DNA of 64,000 nucleotides. It comes from Octopus sinensis. Taxonomy: Eukaryota. Positions 1 to 13,669 of this stretch are shown here, one piece after another. The notes below the pieces were generated by a model. That model did not search any database, was not told where the DNA came from, and saw only the letters and a list, made by a program, of their open reading frames with translations. The stretch spans positions 80,662,001 to 80,726,000 of the forward strand of contig NC_043006.1 of the NCBI RefSeq assembly GCF_006345805.1, read 5' to 3'. The position numbers and the translations under genes are program-made. Position 1 is the first letter of the stretch. Each line of letters begins with the position of its first letter.

Positions 1-1672
1 ATAACTCTGCCATTTTGCAGCATTATCCTTTTAGGGATAAGATTGCAAAATGTGAGATAGGAGAGAATTATTGCAGCAATAGGTAACATGCGTAGTGTTA
101 ATGTGTTTATCCCTTTATATTGTGAATTCAAATTCTACTGTGTACAAGTTTGCCTTGCATTCTCCGTTAGCCAACGAAATGAGCCTTCGGAATACACTGA
201 GGTATAAGGGGATTGGATATAGACTCCATTATAACTTCAGTCTGTGCTGGAGCTTTAGCAATTGCTATTTCAAAAGCTGGAGCCACTATTTGATTTGATA
301 GAATCGGTAGAACTTAAGACAAAATTGCAGCGGTGCTTATTTAGTGCGCCATTGTTCGGTTTGGGTGCGATAAAATCTGTCAATCAAATGCTGAAATCAA
401 TCTAATCCACCTGTAATTGTACTTGTTGGGAGATCATTAATAGTAATGCAGCACCTTTTCTCCGCAACATCGTTGTCATCCAAGGAAAAAGCAAGTTTCG
501 ATAAGGCTTTCGGCAATGTTGCTGGATGCCAACTCGGAACGTAAGCGGCTGAGACATGTGGTACGACGCATTTTGTCTAACATTTGTGAGCGTCTATGTT
601 AGGAAATCTTATAAAAGATAAAAAGATTTCCTTTCTGCCCAGGGTGTTTCCGGTTTCTACAGCTTTAAACCCCTTGAATACAACACAAGGCCATCAAAAT
701 AGGTTTTTCTTGAAGCTGGAACATTTATCGTCACTGCTAAATAAAATAAGCTCTATTAATTTCATACGACTGCTGATATCTTTACAGCGGTATAGTACAT
801 AATCTATCTTATATATATATGGTATAATAAACGCGTTCGTTGAAAACAAATATCAGCTAAAAAAAACAACAAAATACCATGCTAGTGACATGATAAATAT
901 ATTTACAGTTTAGAAAATATATTTCTGTCAAATTAGTATTTCAAAGATTTATTCATTTTTCAAATTTTTTTTTTCAGTTATGAAAGAGCTTGTTTGTTTA
1001 CTGGCTTTAGTAATAAACAGCTGGTCTCTTCCAGTTGATGTATGTTTATTAACTAATAAATATACAGTTAATTTTTCAGGACACATTTCAAAATACAAAC
1101 GTTCTTTTTGTCTATATTTACAATAGATTTTCGCTATCTAAAATCTTCGTTGCTCAGGTTGATAACACATGTGCCCCTAAGCGGTTTCCCTACAGATAGG
1201 GGAGAGCTGCCAGTGCAAGGGTTTTTTTTTTATGGAAGATAAGCAGTTGTATATTCATTTTTTTTCTCTCAGTGCTAGCGTTAATACTCAGGGAAAAGGT
1301 AGCGCTCAGTAGAGCTTCTGATCAGCGTTGTTGCATGCAAACTTGGAATATAAATGGCCTAAACATGTGGCACAATCCAGCTGATTAACACACCAAATTG
1401 ATTGGTGTCTATTTTATCGATCCTGAAAAGTTGATTGGTCAGCTTGATCTTTAAAGGATTTTAAGTACTTGCATAAAGAGATGCAACCATAAATCGGGAT
1501 ATTTTTCGACACATTCAAGTTATTGATATTGAAATTCCAATGAAGGAGCCTTGGATCTAGACTAGAAACCGGCTCTTTATCTTTTGGTAAGAAATCTTGA
1601 AATAAAACTAAGGGCATAGATACATACATACGCATACACGTACACACACACAAACATATACACAAATACACC

Positions 1673-1719
<47 letters not shown>

Positions 1720-2082
1720 TCGCTCACACACATATATGTGAGTGTGTGTGCTGCTTTTTGTATACCATGCTTAAAGCAAATATGGTGTTGCAAGCCTAGA
1801 AACTACGACATTCATCCCGAGAAAGTGCACCAGTAACAGATATCTAATAGCAATGGTGGAATTGCCGAATACGCATTTCTACTTTTCTCGAGCCTCATCA
1901 GTAGCAAGCATCCACTAACAAGCACGTTCTAAGACAAATGTAGCCATTACTGATATAGATAATCACTAATTACCAAAGCTCTATAGTCGTATTTAGCCAG
2001 AGACTTCACAAAAATTTGTGACAGAAGCAGTATTAATTCAAAGTAGTATTCTGTGTATCATACTTAAAGCAATTATAATACA

Positions 2083-2130
<48 letters not shown>

Positions 2131-2149
2131 TGACGTGCATATACAAACA

Positions 2150-2525
2150 ATAACTCTGAGCACCTTTTCAAACTCCACCTGTCTAACACCCGTGGACATG
2201 TTTACAAAGTCAGAAGACAGCACAGCTTCCAGCTTCCATGACTTTCGGAAACATTTGTTCACGCTAAGAGTTGCTGAAGTATGGAACAAACTGCCGGAAC
2301 AGTTGTTAGTTGTCAGAGCACTGCATCCTTCAAAACTTCCATGCTTCCTGAGATTCGCCAACACTACACCTGATTTTCTCCCCTCCATACACATGCAAGC
2401 ATGTATCTGACTCATACACTGTTCAATTTCCAGACATTTGTACATTACTGCATATGCTTTATACGCACTTTTCAGAAATTGTGGTGCACCTGAGCACTGT
2501 ATGCAATAATTTCATTATATTATTA
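2150..2525 (+). mobile_element. CR1-type LINE 3' fragment (end of RT ORF plus 3' UTR)
   Basis: ORF 2018-2410 contains FRKHLFTLRVAEVWNKLP, matching the CR1-clade C-terminal R..FF..RV...WN.LP motif; it ends in an AT-rich tail. Confidence 0.7.
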
Positions 2526-2638
2526 TATAGATGTATATACGCGTGCCTATATATGTATATACGTGAGTATTCATATGTTTGTGTGTATATATATATAATA
2601 TTGTATATGTATCTATGCATATATGTATAACAGTTAAA

Positions 2639-2703
<65 letters not shown>

Positions 2704-2704
<1 letters not shown>

Positions 2705-3060
2705 TGCTTATCTTTCCTCCTTGTTCTAGGAAGTAGAGATCTTTTTCACTCTCAACCAGCGGCTGACGCGTCGCATTGAAACGATCACCTATGAGTAGCT
2801 TCGCTGGATTGGTTCGAGTTCCGGTGTTAATTTTACATTGTATGGTGACCACAGTTGGGAGCAATAATCCAAACGGTTGAGGAAGAATGTCGTTCAGAGG
2901 ACCATCACGGTTTCCTGTTCTCTCGTTCTGAAAGTTCGAAGGATCCATCAGTCCAACCGTCTGGATTGACCTGGAAAGATGCATCATTGCTCATGTCAGT
3001 GTCCAGGTTGCACACTGATTTTGCAATCCCTCATGGGCTAGAGTATCCTGCCTGCTTTTC
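2704..3060 (-). mobile_element. Degenerate CR1/L2-group LINE reverse transcriptase fragment
   Basis: Hand translation of the minus strand gives WILRTFRTREQETVMVL*TTFFLNRLDYCSQLWSPYNVKLTPELEPIQRSYS* with several stops; LDYCSQLWSP and LE.IQR are CR1/L2 post-RT motifs. Confidence 0.8.
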
Positions 3061-3130
3061 ATTGAGCTTTGTGTGTTGGTAGCGCAGCGCTTGGAATTTT
3101 CATGCGTTAAAATGCATGTTGCATATATCC

Positions 3131-3196
3131 ATTAATAGCTGACGAGAATGCATCGTAGCTCTTCGCTCCGACATTCGAAACACCTAGTACTATAAT
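3131..3196 (+). ncRNA. Minimal type I hammerhead ribozyme motif, canonical core
   Basis: ATAG-CTGACGA-GAATG[21 nt]CATTC-GAAA-C[ACCTA]G-TA-CTAT: stem I ATAG/CTAT, stem II 5 bp, predicted GUA cleavage after 3189. Confidence 0.7.
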
Positions 3197-3239
3197 GATA
3201 ACTTTTTCCGTTTGTTCTAAATTATAACACACTCACACA

Positions 3240-3271
<32 letters not shown>

Positions 3272-3340
3272 AATGTATATACATATATATATATATATAA
3301 ATGTATACGTATATGTGTATGTATATATGTATGTGTATAT

Positions 3341-3719
3341 AACGTAAAGTGTACTAGCCATCTGAATGTGGCTAGCCACTAGGGGTGGGTGTTACTGAAG
3401 CTTTTAGCCCCAGGAGATCGTCGTCTCCAGCTGGCTTTAGACACACTCTCTGTGCGCTTCTGATATTTGCAAAGGGAGGTCATCCCCTCTCGAAAACCGG
3501 TGATTACGGTACGTTGACGAGAGGCAATTACCTCGAAACTATAGTCCGTATGTATCACTTAGGTTTTCGAGAGGGGATGACCTCCCTTTGCAAATATCAG
3601 AAGGGCACAGAAACTGTGTCTAAAGCCAGCTGGAGACGACGATCTCCTGGGGCTAAAAGCTTCAGTAACACCCACCCCCAGTGGCTAGCCACATTCATAT
3701 GGCTAGTACACCTTACGTT
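3341..3719. repeat. GC-rich fold-back inverted repeat, ~160-bp arms
   Basis: 3341-3498 is the near-perfect reverse complement of 3561-3719; with small indels the match extends inward to 3509/3546. Confidence 0.95.
3510..3550 (+). ncRNA. Minimal hammerhead ribozyme motif (C3U core variant) at the hairpin apex
   Basis: TACG-TTGACGA-GAGG[CAATTA]CCTC-GAAA-CTATAG-TC-CGTA; stem III is the palindrome ACTATAGT; GUC site. Confidence 0.7.
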
Positions 3720-4649
3720 GTCCAGCGGTTACTGTTTACATCTCGTTCGGAGATTTATTAATACTTATGTGTATATACATATACATATATACATACACAC
3801 AAATCCTATGCGTATAGGATTTCGGTAATAACTGTTTCTTTACATATTAAAAATGCATTATAATTTAACAGTATGCAGAACCCACTCCACGTGTTGATAT
3901 GAAACATGTGCTTTTATTACCCACTCTATTCTTTTCCTGTGATTTTCCAATTTAATGAGTGAGACCTTCCTCAACTTGATCAAATTTTCTTCAAAAATAT
4001 GTGTGCCTAAGACATTGCAAAATTATTTTCTTGTTTTTAATATCTGTAACCTGACCTAGCCTGAATGTAATCTTTAGGGAGTTTTCTTTTAGTATGTTTT
4101 TATTGGTTTCGTATTGTGCACAGTATTATTGCATTGTTAAAAATTTCTTCGTTTTTCACAAGAAATAATTTTTGCAGGCTGAGAAATAATGCGGTCTCTA
4201 ACAATTTTGGATATTCCAAGACAATAAATGAATGTCTCTATTCATACTTGCAGAGGAAACTGCACCTTATACGATGGTTCAACTTACGTCACTCTTTACA
4301 TTAACTGAAACATATTCAGGTTACAATCTCTCATTGTTTTCCTGAAGTCAGGTTTCTGGAGCAACGCTAGTAAGCTGTATTTTGGAGCATCACTCCAGAA
4401 GACCCAGTCTGAATGGTTGTTACAATATTTAGCCAAAATATACAATCTTTATGTATTTTTGTGCTAATAGATTCCTTTTGACACATATTTCAGAGGGAGA
4501 ACCAAAATCTATCAGCCTTCTCTGAATAGTCCTTCTGGAAGCGATCTGAATGGTCCTTCTGGAAGTTTAATCTTCCCTCACAGTTATTCTGGGCCTTTCA
4601 TTCTATCCCAATTCGCAGTCGTTTAAGAGCCCCAGGTTCTTTCTTCAAT

Positions 4650-4925
4650 CTTTCTTGGAGGAGCGGACTCGCGATCGAAAGATCGTGGGTTCGAATCTCA
4701 GACCGGTTCGTATGTGTGTTTATAAGCGAAACACCTAAGCTCCACACGGCTCCGGCAGAAGGTAATGGCGAATCTCTGCTGGCTCTTTCTCTCACTCTTT
4801 TCTCCTGTATATAGCAGCTCCCTTGCGACGCATCGGCGTCCCGTCCAGGTGGGGAACCTATACACCAATGAAAAAGGGAAACCGGCCCTTATGAGACAGG
4901 CATGGCTCCAGAAGGAACAACCAGC
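4650..4925 (+). mobile_element. tRNA-headed SINE, 5'-truncated; same family as 43626-43935
   Basis: B-box-like GGTTCGAATCTC; body colinear with 43626-43935 (CCCGTCCAGGTGGGGAACCTATAC...CCTTATGAG). Confidence 0.75.
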
Positions 4926-5322
4926 ACCAAAGTTAATAAGAGGAATAAATTCCCGAAAGCTCTGAACAGAAATCATGTAACTCTAGATTGTGACTTGACG
5001 CAGACAAGGCAGCGTTAAAAAAAAAAGAGATGAACTGATGAACGCTAATGGGCGCGAATTTAACGATGGTTAGCCTTTTTTATTTCATTTCTTTTCTTTT
5101 ATATGTTCCAGTCATTCGTCTGCGGTCAGGCTGCGTTATTTCCCTTAATGTGTTTGGTCGAGCACATTAACATCTGTGCTTAATCTTGCTTAAATCTGTT
5201 TTTTTTTTGTCTATTGACTTCATTGCTTGTTCTCTAAGAGACAGAGGACGTAAACAAACGAACACTTATCACCAGAGGGTGTAAAGAAATACGAAAATGT
5301 GCGCACGCCTACACATCATACG

Positions 5323-5410
<88 letters not shown>
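5323..5410. repeat. (CTAT)n microsatellite
   Basis: Direct reading; similar arrays at 10712-10870 and 45263-45362. Confidence 0.98.
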
Positions 5411-5699
5411 AAGGGAGCCACTTACTGTAATGTGTTTTCTTTTTGCATGACACTATTGCCCAAGGTTCCCGTGGACTTTTCCGTAGGCTTTTCTATCCAC
5501 GGACAGACCTGTTTTCCCTTTTTAAATTGACATTTCTGTGATACACGATCCCTATTGAACGTCCCCAATTTTTTTTTCTTTTTTACGATCCCTTTTGATC
5601 GGAATTCGACACCTTTTTATCCTTCTCTTCTCCCAAAAAGAAAAGCTCTACTTTGTATTTTGTTCCTTCTGTGTTCAGCCCCGCATGGCCAATAAAGAA
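5411..5699 (+). mobile_element. Probable 3' end of an L1/Tx1-like element inserted in (CTAT)n
   Basis: Ends TGTTCAGCCCCGCATGGCCAATAAAGAAAT and is flanked by (CTAT)n on both sides; no coding remnant recognised. Confidence 0.4.
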
Positions 5700-5756
5700 A
5701 TCTATCTATCTCTTTATCTATCTATCTATCAACACAGATATATGTATATATATATA

Positions 5757-5805
<49 letters not shown>

Positions 5806-5904
5806 CATACACGTATATATCTATACATATACATACGTGTGTATTTACATGTATGTATTTGTACTCATATATGTATATTAGATAATGGTTTCATATTTTG
5901 TCCC

Positions 5905-6095
5905 AAGGTCAGGAATTTTGGTTGATGGGGTAAGTCGATCCCATCAAGCCCAGTGCTTAACTTGTACATGCTTAATCGAGCCCTAATGGATGAAAGGCAC
6001 AGCCGATCCCGACGGAATTTGAACTCAGAACGTAAGGTGGACGAAACGTCGCTGAACATTTTGCCCAGCGCGTTAACGATACTGCCAGCTCGCCG
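5905..6095 (-). mobile_element. SINE family C, diverged and partial
   Basis: Colinear with 21937-22169 (GAATTTGAACTCAGAACGTAA...CTGCCAGCTCGCCGC). Confidence 0.75.
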
Positions 6096-6903
6096 CTTTG
6101 TGTATACATTAAATAATAGCGATGGAAGAAGTATTGCTACCGAATTGCAACTTTTATATCCGACTAAAAATGTATGTATTGTTAGAATGCCATATTGGTA
6201 TGGTACTATTATAATACTAATATAATCCTCTTATATAGGAAATACCGGTAGAAAAAATATATAGGAAATACCGGTAGAAAACAAGAATTGCACAGCACCG
6301 GTTGCGGAACTACTAGATAACATGATCTCTGTGTGTTTGTTCTTATTCAGAAGCAGACATTCACTCGCTGCACGCTAGTCAAATTTCGCAGTTGCAGATA
6401 TATAAGAAAAACAATGAGTATTCACTCACTGATGTCGCAGATAACCATCAGGCTCTTTAAAAATTAAATATGCGGAAGCATATAAGAATGGAATCGCAAT
6501 CTCTATAACGTACTGGACGTGAAGGTGTTGTTAGAGAGGTATATTACTGCTGTCTTCGCCAAGAGAAATCCTCTCGTATAGAAATATAGTGATATAAAGG
6601 AGAGATTATTTGTATTAACGCATATATAAATATGCAAATAACTATGCAAATCAATGAATGTATGTTTGTGTCTACATATAATATATGTGTATATATATAT
6701 GTAAGTACTAAGTGTGTGTGTGTGCATATATATATACATATATATATATGCATATACATACACACAAATATAAATACATACACACACACACACACACCAC
6801 ACATATATATATATATATATAAAGAACACACACAAAAAAGTACAACGCGACGACGTGGTACATGTAAAGTATCAGTAGACGCTCAGGGAAGGAAAGAAAA
6901 ACG

Positions 6904-6938
6904 GCTTAACGTTTCGAGCAACACCCTTCTTCGGAAAC
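6904..6938 (-). ncRNA. Hammerhead-like motif, variant core
   Basis: Minus strand GTTT-CCGAAGA-A-GGGT[GTT]GCTC-GAAA-CGTT-AAGC. Confidence 0.45.
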
Positions 6939-8339
6939 AGAGGAAAGTCCAATAGAAAGGAAGACATGTGGTTACATATATATATTCCTTCCTCTCTTTC
7001 GTCCAATCTTTCCATCCAGCCCTCCACTTCACTTCCACTATCTCCAACACCTCTGTCTCCTTCCTCGACATTTCGGTTAGCATTCTTCACTCCACTCTTA
7101 CCACCTCCATTCACTACAAACACACAGACTCACACTCATACCTCAACTTCTCTTCCTCCCACCCAGAACACACCAAGCTTTCCATCCCCTATTCCCAATT
7201 CCTCCGTCTACGTAGGCTCTGTAGTGACGACCATGACTTTGAGACTCAGTCTCAACGTATGGCTCACCACTTCACCCTACGTGGATACCCCCTCACCACT
7301 ATCCACACCGCCCTTGCCAGAGCACGGTCCGTGGACCGTGTATCTGCTCTCTCTCCCCGAACCCGCCCTGTAGTCTCCCGCCTCCCTTTTCCCCTCACTT
7401 ACCACCCCACGACCCTACGTCTCCAACGCACCATTCTTCGAGCTTTCCGTCATCTCCAGTCCGACCCGTCCACTTCACACCTCTTCCCTAACCGACCCCT
7501 CCCCTCTTTCAAACGAGCCCACAACCTTCGAGACCTTTTGTCCATAGCTCCTTCCATGACCCTACCTCCCCCGGCTCGTTCCCTGCTCCCGCCCACGTTG
7601 CCGCACTTGCCCTTACCTCTCCAACACCACCGCCTCACTAGCACCCCCAATCGACCCTATCCCATCATCCACTCCTTCACCTGCACCTCCAGCAAATTAT
7701 CTATTGCATCTCTGCTCTCTCTGCAATTCTTGTACATCGGACAAACGGGACGCGCCTTGGCTGCTGACCGGTTCGCGGAACACCTTCGTGACATCCACCT
7801 TGCGAACGACACACCAGTCTCACGCCATTTCCGCTCCACCGGTCACTCCTTGCAACACCTATCTGTGTTCGGTTGTCCTTACACAGAGGCCATCCGGATT
7901 CCCGTTTGCGCAGTGAACAGGAATTAATCTCTCTCTCTTCGCTCTTATAGCCATTTGGTCTCAACTCTCCCCCTCCTCATCTAAACCCCCCCCTCTCCCC
8001 CCTCCTCACCTATCCTTTCTCCTTTCCCCCCCGACCCCTACTTCTTCAGTCCTTCATCCTTTCCACCCCTACTCCCCTTCCCTCTCCCTCTTTCTCCCTC
8101 CCTATTTCCCTTCCCTCTGCTCCCTCACTCCCTCTCTCCCCTTCTCTCCCCCTCTCCCTTTCTCCTTCATCCCACTCCTCCCCCTTCCTTCTCCCCCATC
8201 CTCTCCTCTTCCCCTTCTCCCCCCCTCTTCTCCCCCTCCCCTTCTCTCCCCCCTTCTCCCCCTCCCCCTCTTTCCCCTCCCCCTCTTCTCCTCACTACAC
8301 CACATGACTTTACACATCACATCACATATGATGTGCACT

Positions 8340-8680
8340 ACTAATACAACACCAACTAATACATACTAATACGTACTAATACATACTAGTACATACTAAT
8401 ACTTACACCAACCCTATACATACACACGTCCAGACCCCGCATACGCACTTATACTCTCTCTCTCTCACACACACACACACCTATACATACCAATACGTAC
8501 TAATACATATAATACATACTAATACATACACCAACCCCATACATACGCACGTCCAGACCATCCTACGCACTAATACTCTCTCATACACACACACACACAC
8601 ACACCACATCCTTATACATACTAATACATACAACAACCCTTACATACACAATCCAGACCCCTCCCACGCACTTTTAGCTG
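8340..8680. repeat. Three degenerate ~100-120 bp tandem units inside the PLE 3' region
   Basis: CAACCC..TACATAC..TCCAGACC...ACGCACT recurs near 8408, 8532 and 8633. Confidence 0.7.
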
Positions 8681-8842
8681 GTCCCTCAACCCTTTATCAA
8701 CCCTATTATCTCCCCTTATTTCGCTCTCGCGTCTCATGTTTGATCTTTGACCCTGGCCGAAATCAGATCGCCATGTTGATTCGTTAGCTACTGCACGCAT
8801 TTTTTTTCTCTCCTTCTTTTCTGTGTTTTATCTCTCTGTGTA

Positions 8843-8880
8843 TCTTTCTGTTGAAGAGCGTAGGCTCGAAACGTTAAAGA
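8843..8880 (+). ncRNA. Hammerhead-like motif in the PLE pLTR, variant core
   Basis: TCTTT-CTGTTGA-A-GAGC[GTAG]GCTC-GAAA-CGTT-AAAGA; stem I 5 bp, palindromic AACGTT stem III. Confidence 0.55.
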
Positions 8881-10712
8881 CTTGTTTTATTTATATTTCC
8901 TGAGCGCCATACTAATACAATTGTTCGTTGTTTTCCACCTGCCTTCGTCTTTTGTTATTTTCATAAGCTTCCGTTATATATATATATATATATATAATAT
9001 CTATATAATAATGGAATTAACGGAGGTTTACACATCCAAATTTTATTATGCAGTTACTTACAACATTCTTCTCTTGGACCTATGCACGTTTCGGTTGCCT
9101 GAAAGGACATTCAGATTTACCAAGCGAGGATAATGACCGGGTCTAGTAAATTATCACTAGCTCGAGTATCATTAACATTGACTGTGGCTAGTTGGCGTTG
9201 AGAACCGATCTAAGAGTTAACACGGTAACCGCCAGGATTATATACATATACATACATACATACAAACATATATTTATATATATATCTATATATATACACA
9301 CACATATATTTATATATATGTGTGTGCATGTATGTATGTATGCATGTATGTGTATACACACATATTAATTTGCACATGTATGCTTTTTCTCTGTTTTTGT
9401 TTGTCTTCCCAACCGCTTGATAACGGGTGTTTATATTCTAATAGCTAAAGCACTTCAACATAAAGACCGATAGATTAAGTGCAACGCTTAAAAAAGATAA
9501 TTACTCGTTTCGTTCGAGTAAAACCGTTCAATACAATAACTGAAAAGTATAAAAGAATATATATATATATATATGTATCTTGAATTAAGTAATGCACTGT
9601 TAGAGATGTATATTTAGTTGCTGAGGTGATAAAAGTGACGAAATGCCATATCATTAGCTATTTCTTCAATTTTCTGACGGTGTAGACAAATAGAAGGCAT
9701 TCAACATTGTACATATTTCTCCCGCTTCTCATTTCCTGCATTATACTACACCATAGTAGCATTAATAAAGCAATTATCTATTACCGGGTCAATATATAAA
9801 TAGGTACTATTAGCATTTCGGAGACAAATGGCTATCCATTATAGGTAAAATCCTCAGAGACTGGAAAAGTCAATGCCAATTCGCTCCTAAACACATTCTA
9901 TCCAGACTTCTCACTTGTCTAGGTCAACTTGGCATTCGTTCCAAAATTCAATGTCTAAATCAAACCATATGGTGGTTATAATATAATACTATCCAGTCAC
10001 CATCTTTGAGTCTATATCTTGGTGTTTATGATGGTCATCGTAGAACCGTCCACTAATTATTAAACAGTCACTGTCTGTGTCACTCTCTCTTTCATATAAC
10101 CATCAAAGGTATGGTTAAACATGTTATTTTCATTTATGCGAAAGAACATTAAAGGATAAAAAACATAAGCAAATGTTAATATTCTTATAGCTATACATAA
10201 ACATCACTAAGGTATATATTTCTGTTCAATAAAATCGCTTACATCAGCCACTCTTTTTATCTTTTTTCTCCTTCAACACTATCTGTCCCTTTCTTTCACT
10301 CAAGCAGACAGAGAACTATGACGTCCATATACTACATATCTATAATCGTGTCTCTTTGCGGTTTCTTGTGCAGCCAGTGGACTTTCAGCTACTGTTGGTG
10401 ACCAAGAGTTATTTATAGCATTAGACAATTTTCTTATCACATTCAGCTAATGTCATAGTCCACTGTAGTGCCTAGCAACGTCTCAAAGCATTTTATAAAA
10501 CCAAAACCTCCTTGAAAAGAATCTAAATATTATCTGTTTTTGTATATTATCATTTCATAGTGAAAGACACGAGTGACTCGTATATGTGCAAAAACGTTGG
10601 GTTATAGATTGCATAAATATCTATTCATATATCTATGTATTTACGTACGTTCCTATTTTCCTGAAAATCTACCTGCCTCTCTACATACACACTACCTACA
10701 TAACTACTAGCA

Positions 10713-10789
<77 letters not shown>

Positions 10790-10794
10790 GTCTG

Positions 10795-11994
<1,200 letters not shown>

Positions 11995-12007
11995 GTTGTG
12001 TGTGTGT

Positions 12008-12370
12008 GGAGGCGCAATGGCCAGTGGTTAGGGCAGCGGACTCGCGGTTTCGATTCCCAGACCGGGCGTTGTGAGTGTTTATTGAGCGAAAACACCTAAA
12101 AGCTCCACGAGGCTCCGGCAGGGGGTGTGGTGATCCCTGCAGTACTCTTTCACCACAACTTTCTCTCACTCTTACTTCCTGTTTCTGTTGTACCTGTATT
12201 TCAAGGGGCCGGCCTTGTCACTCTCTGTGTCACGCTGAATATCCCCGAGAACTACGTAAAGGGTACACGTGTCTGTGGAGTGCTCAGCCACTTACACGTT
12301 AATTTCACGAGCAGGCTGTTCCGTTGATTCGGATCAACCGGAATCCTCATCGTCGTAACCGACGGCGTGC
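12008..12370 (+). mobile_element. tRNA-headed SINE family A, near full length
   Basis: Head GGCGCAATGGCCAGTGGTTAGGGCAGCGGACTCGCGG...TTCGATTCCC; tail ...GTCGTAACCGACGG shared with 13670-13970 and 31365-31673. Confidence 0.85.
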
Positions 12371-12392
12371 TTCCTTAATATATATATATATA

Positions 12393-12427
<35 letters not shown>

Positions 12428-12489
12428 GTGTGTGTAGGTATATATATAGATATATATGTATTTATACACACGCATACACACACACACAC

Positions 12490-12650
12490 GCACATATATA
12501 TACATAGGGAGAATTCACAAAAAACAAAAGGCGAAGAAAGGTGGTGTAGACAACAAACAGATGTATTAGTATAACGCTCGGGAAGTGAAAAAGTCTTTAA
12601 CGTTTCGAGCCTACGCTCTTCCACAGAAAAGAACACAGAAAGAAACAAAA
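12490..12650 (-). mobile_element. Solo PLE pLTR/tail with a hammerhead-like motif (12594-12632)
   Basis: Minus strand TTT-CTGTGGA-A-GAGC[GTAG]GCTC-GAAA-CGTT-AAAG, followed by the same tail as 8880-8965; degenerate copy at 15369-15480 (+). Confidence 0.65.
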
Positions 12651-13669
12651 CTACAATGGGAAAAAGCAGAAAATTCAAAAAATTTAGAAAGTCTAAAATG
12701 TTACGAAAAGTACAAAAGGTTCAAAAGCTTCGAACGTCGTGGTGTATTGGAGCGATTTTTCATACCGACACACACGTGTTTATGTATGCGTACTTTTAAT
12801 TCATTTATATATCGAATACAGAACCAAGACCAAAGGATAAAATCTTTTCATCCGCAAACGAATAAGTTTCTGATTTCACTGTTTAAAGACTGACAAAATA
12901 ATTTAATTGCTCTAGGGAAGGCTTCTTTCGTTTTGGTAGGGCACATTTTAGCATCACCACATTGTCTGAGAGTATTTTGTTTTAAAAAAAGAACTCAATC
13001 TGTTGTACTTTATTTCCAATTCTCTTACTTCCCACACATTTTTCCTGCCGACATCGACATGAAGTTGCTGGTGCTGCGCATAAATGAGTTCTGTGTTGCC
13101 AATCCTTCTAGACCTTTCATTATGTTAAGTTCTATCATTTTAACTTTGCTAATTTATCAACAGAATGAAAAAAAAATGCCTGACAAATAATTACATGTTG
13201 GCTTTTATCCCTCCTCAATTCTCAAATTTGAATGCGCAAAATTATGTGAAAAAGCGGCGAAGTGGTCGAATCGTTGATCGGTTTCATAGATTGTCTTGAG
13301 GGCAGGATTCGCTCTAGCTATCTTCCCCCTCACTCCAAATACCATTACCTTTTACCAGCAATGCATTTTATCTTGTCGGGGTCGATAAAGAAACTAAGTT
13401 CTATATTGGTTTCGATTAGTCTCCTTTTGTTTCTCTCAACTGTCTGTTTTTTTAAACATTTTTTTGAAGTCGGTCTCTTTGAAAAAGAAACCGGCTGGGG
13501 TCAGACCTGGAGTGATATGTGCTCTGCCAGGTTTAAAGAGGCCTAACGCACCGATAGTTTCGACTGGTCCCGTACACCCTAATCAGTAGTTCAGTTCCCA
13601 AGATGAAGTTATCATGTGAAAAAATGCGTTGGTCATGACTTCTTTGTGCGTTAAATATAGGACCGTAAA

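Larger units (their letters stand above)
6830..8965 (+). mobile_element. Penelope-like element (Neptune-type), 5'-truncated, with an inverted pLTR copy at the 5' end
   Basis: ORF 6968-7927 has a PLE RT C-terminus (FLDISV, HPEHTKLSIPYSQFLRLRRLCS), a frameshifted CSRPRCRTC linker and GIY-YIG (LYIGQTGR...RFAEH). The 3' tail at 8800-8965 recurs in reverse orientation at 6830-6960. Confidence 0.9.

Noticed and set aside
1-600. Coding-like minus-strand sequence with many stops (similar stretches at 3850-4640, 30300-31250 and 49260-49560)
   Set aside because: These are probably old transposon remnants, but I recognise no diagnostic motif; a translated search is needed.
1870-1915. Minus-strand CTGATGA...GAAATGCGTA motif
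   Set aside because: Stem I and stem II are largely unpaired; at best a decayed remnant.
6225-6316. Tiny Helitron-like piece (TC... internal short duplication ...CCGGTTGCGG...CTAG)
   Set aside because: It is very short, the hairpin is weak and CTAG is followed by A rather than T.
12008-12070. tRNA-like sequences at SINE heads (also 13670, 18925, 22169, 43626)
   Set aside because: A/B boxes are present but there is no complete cloverleaf, and each continues into a SINE body.
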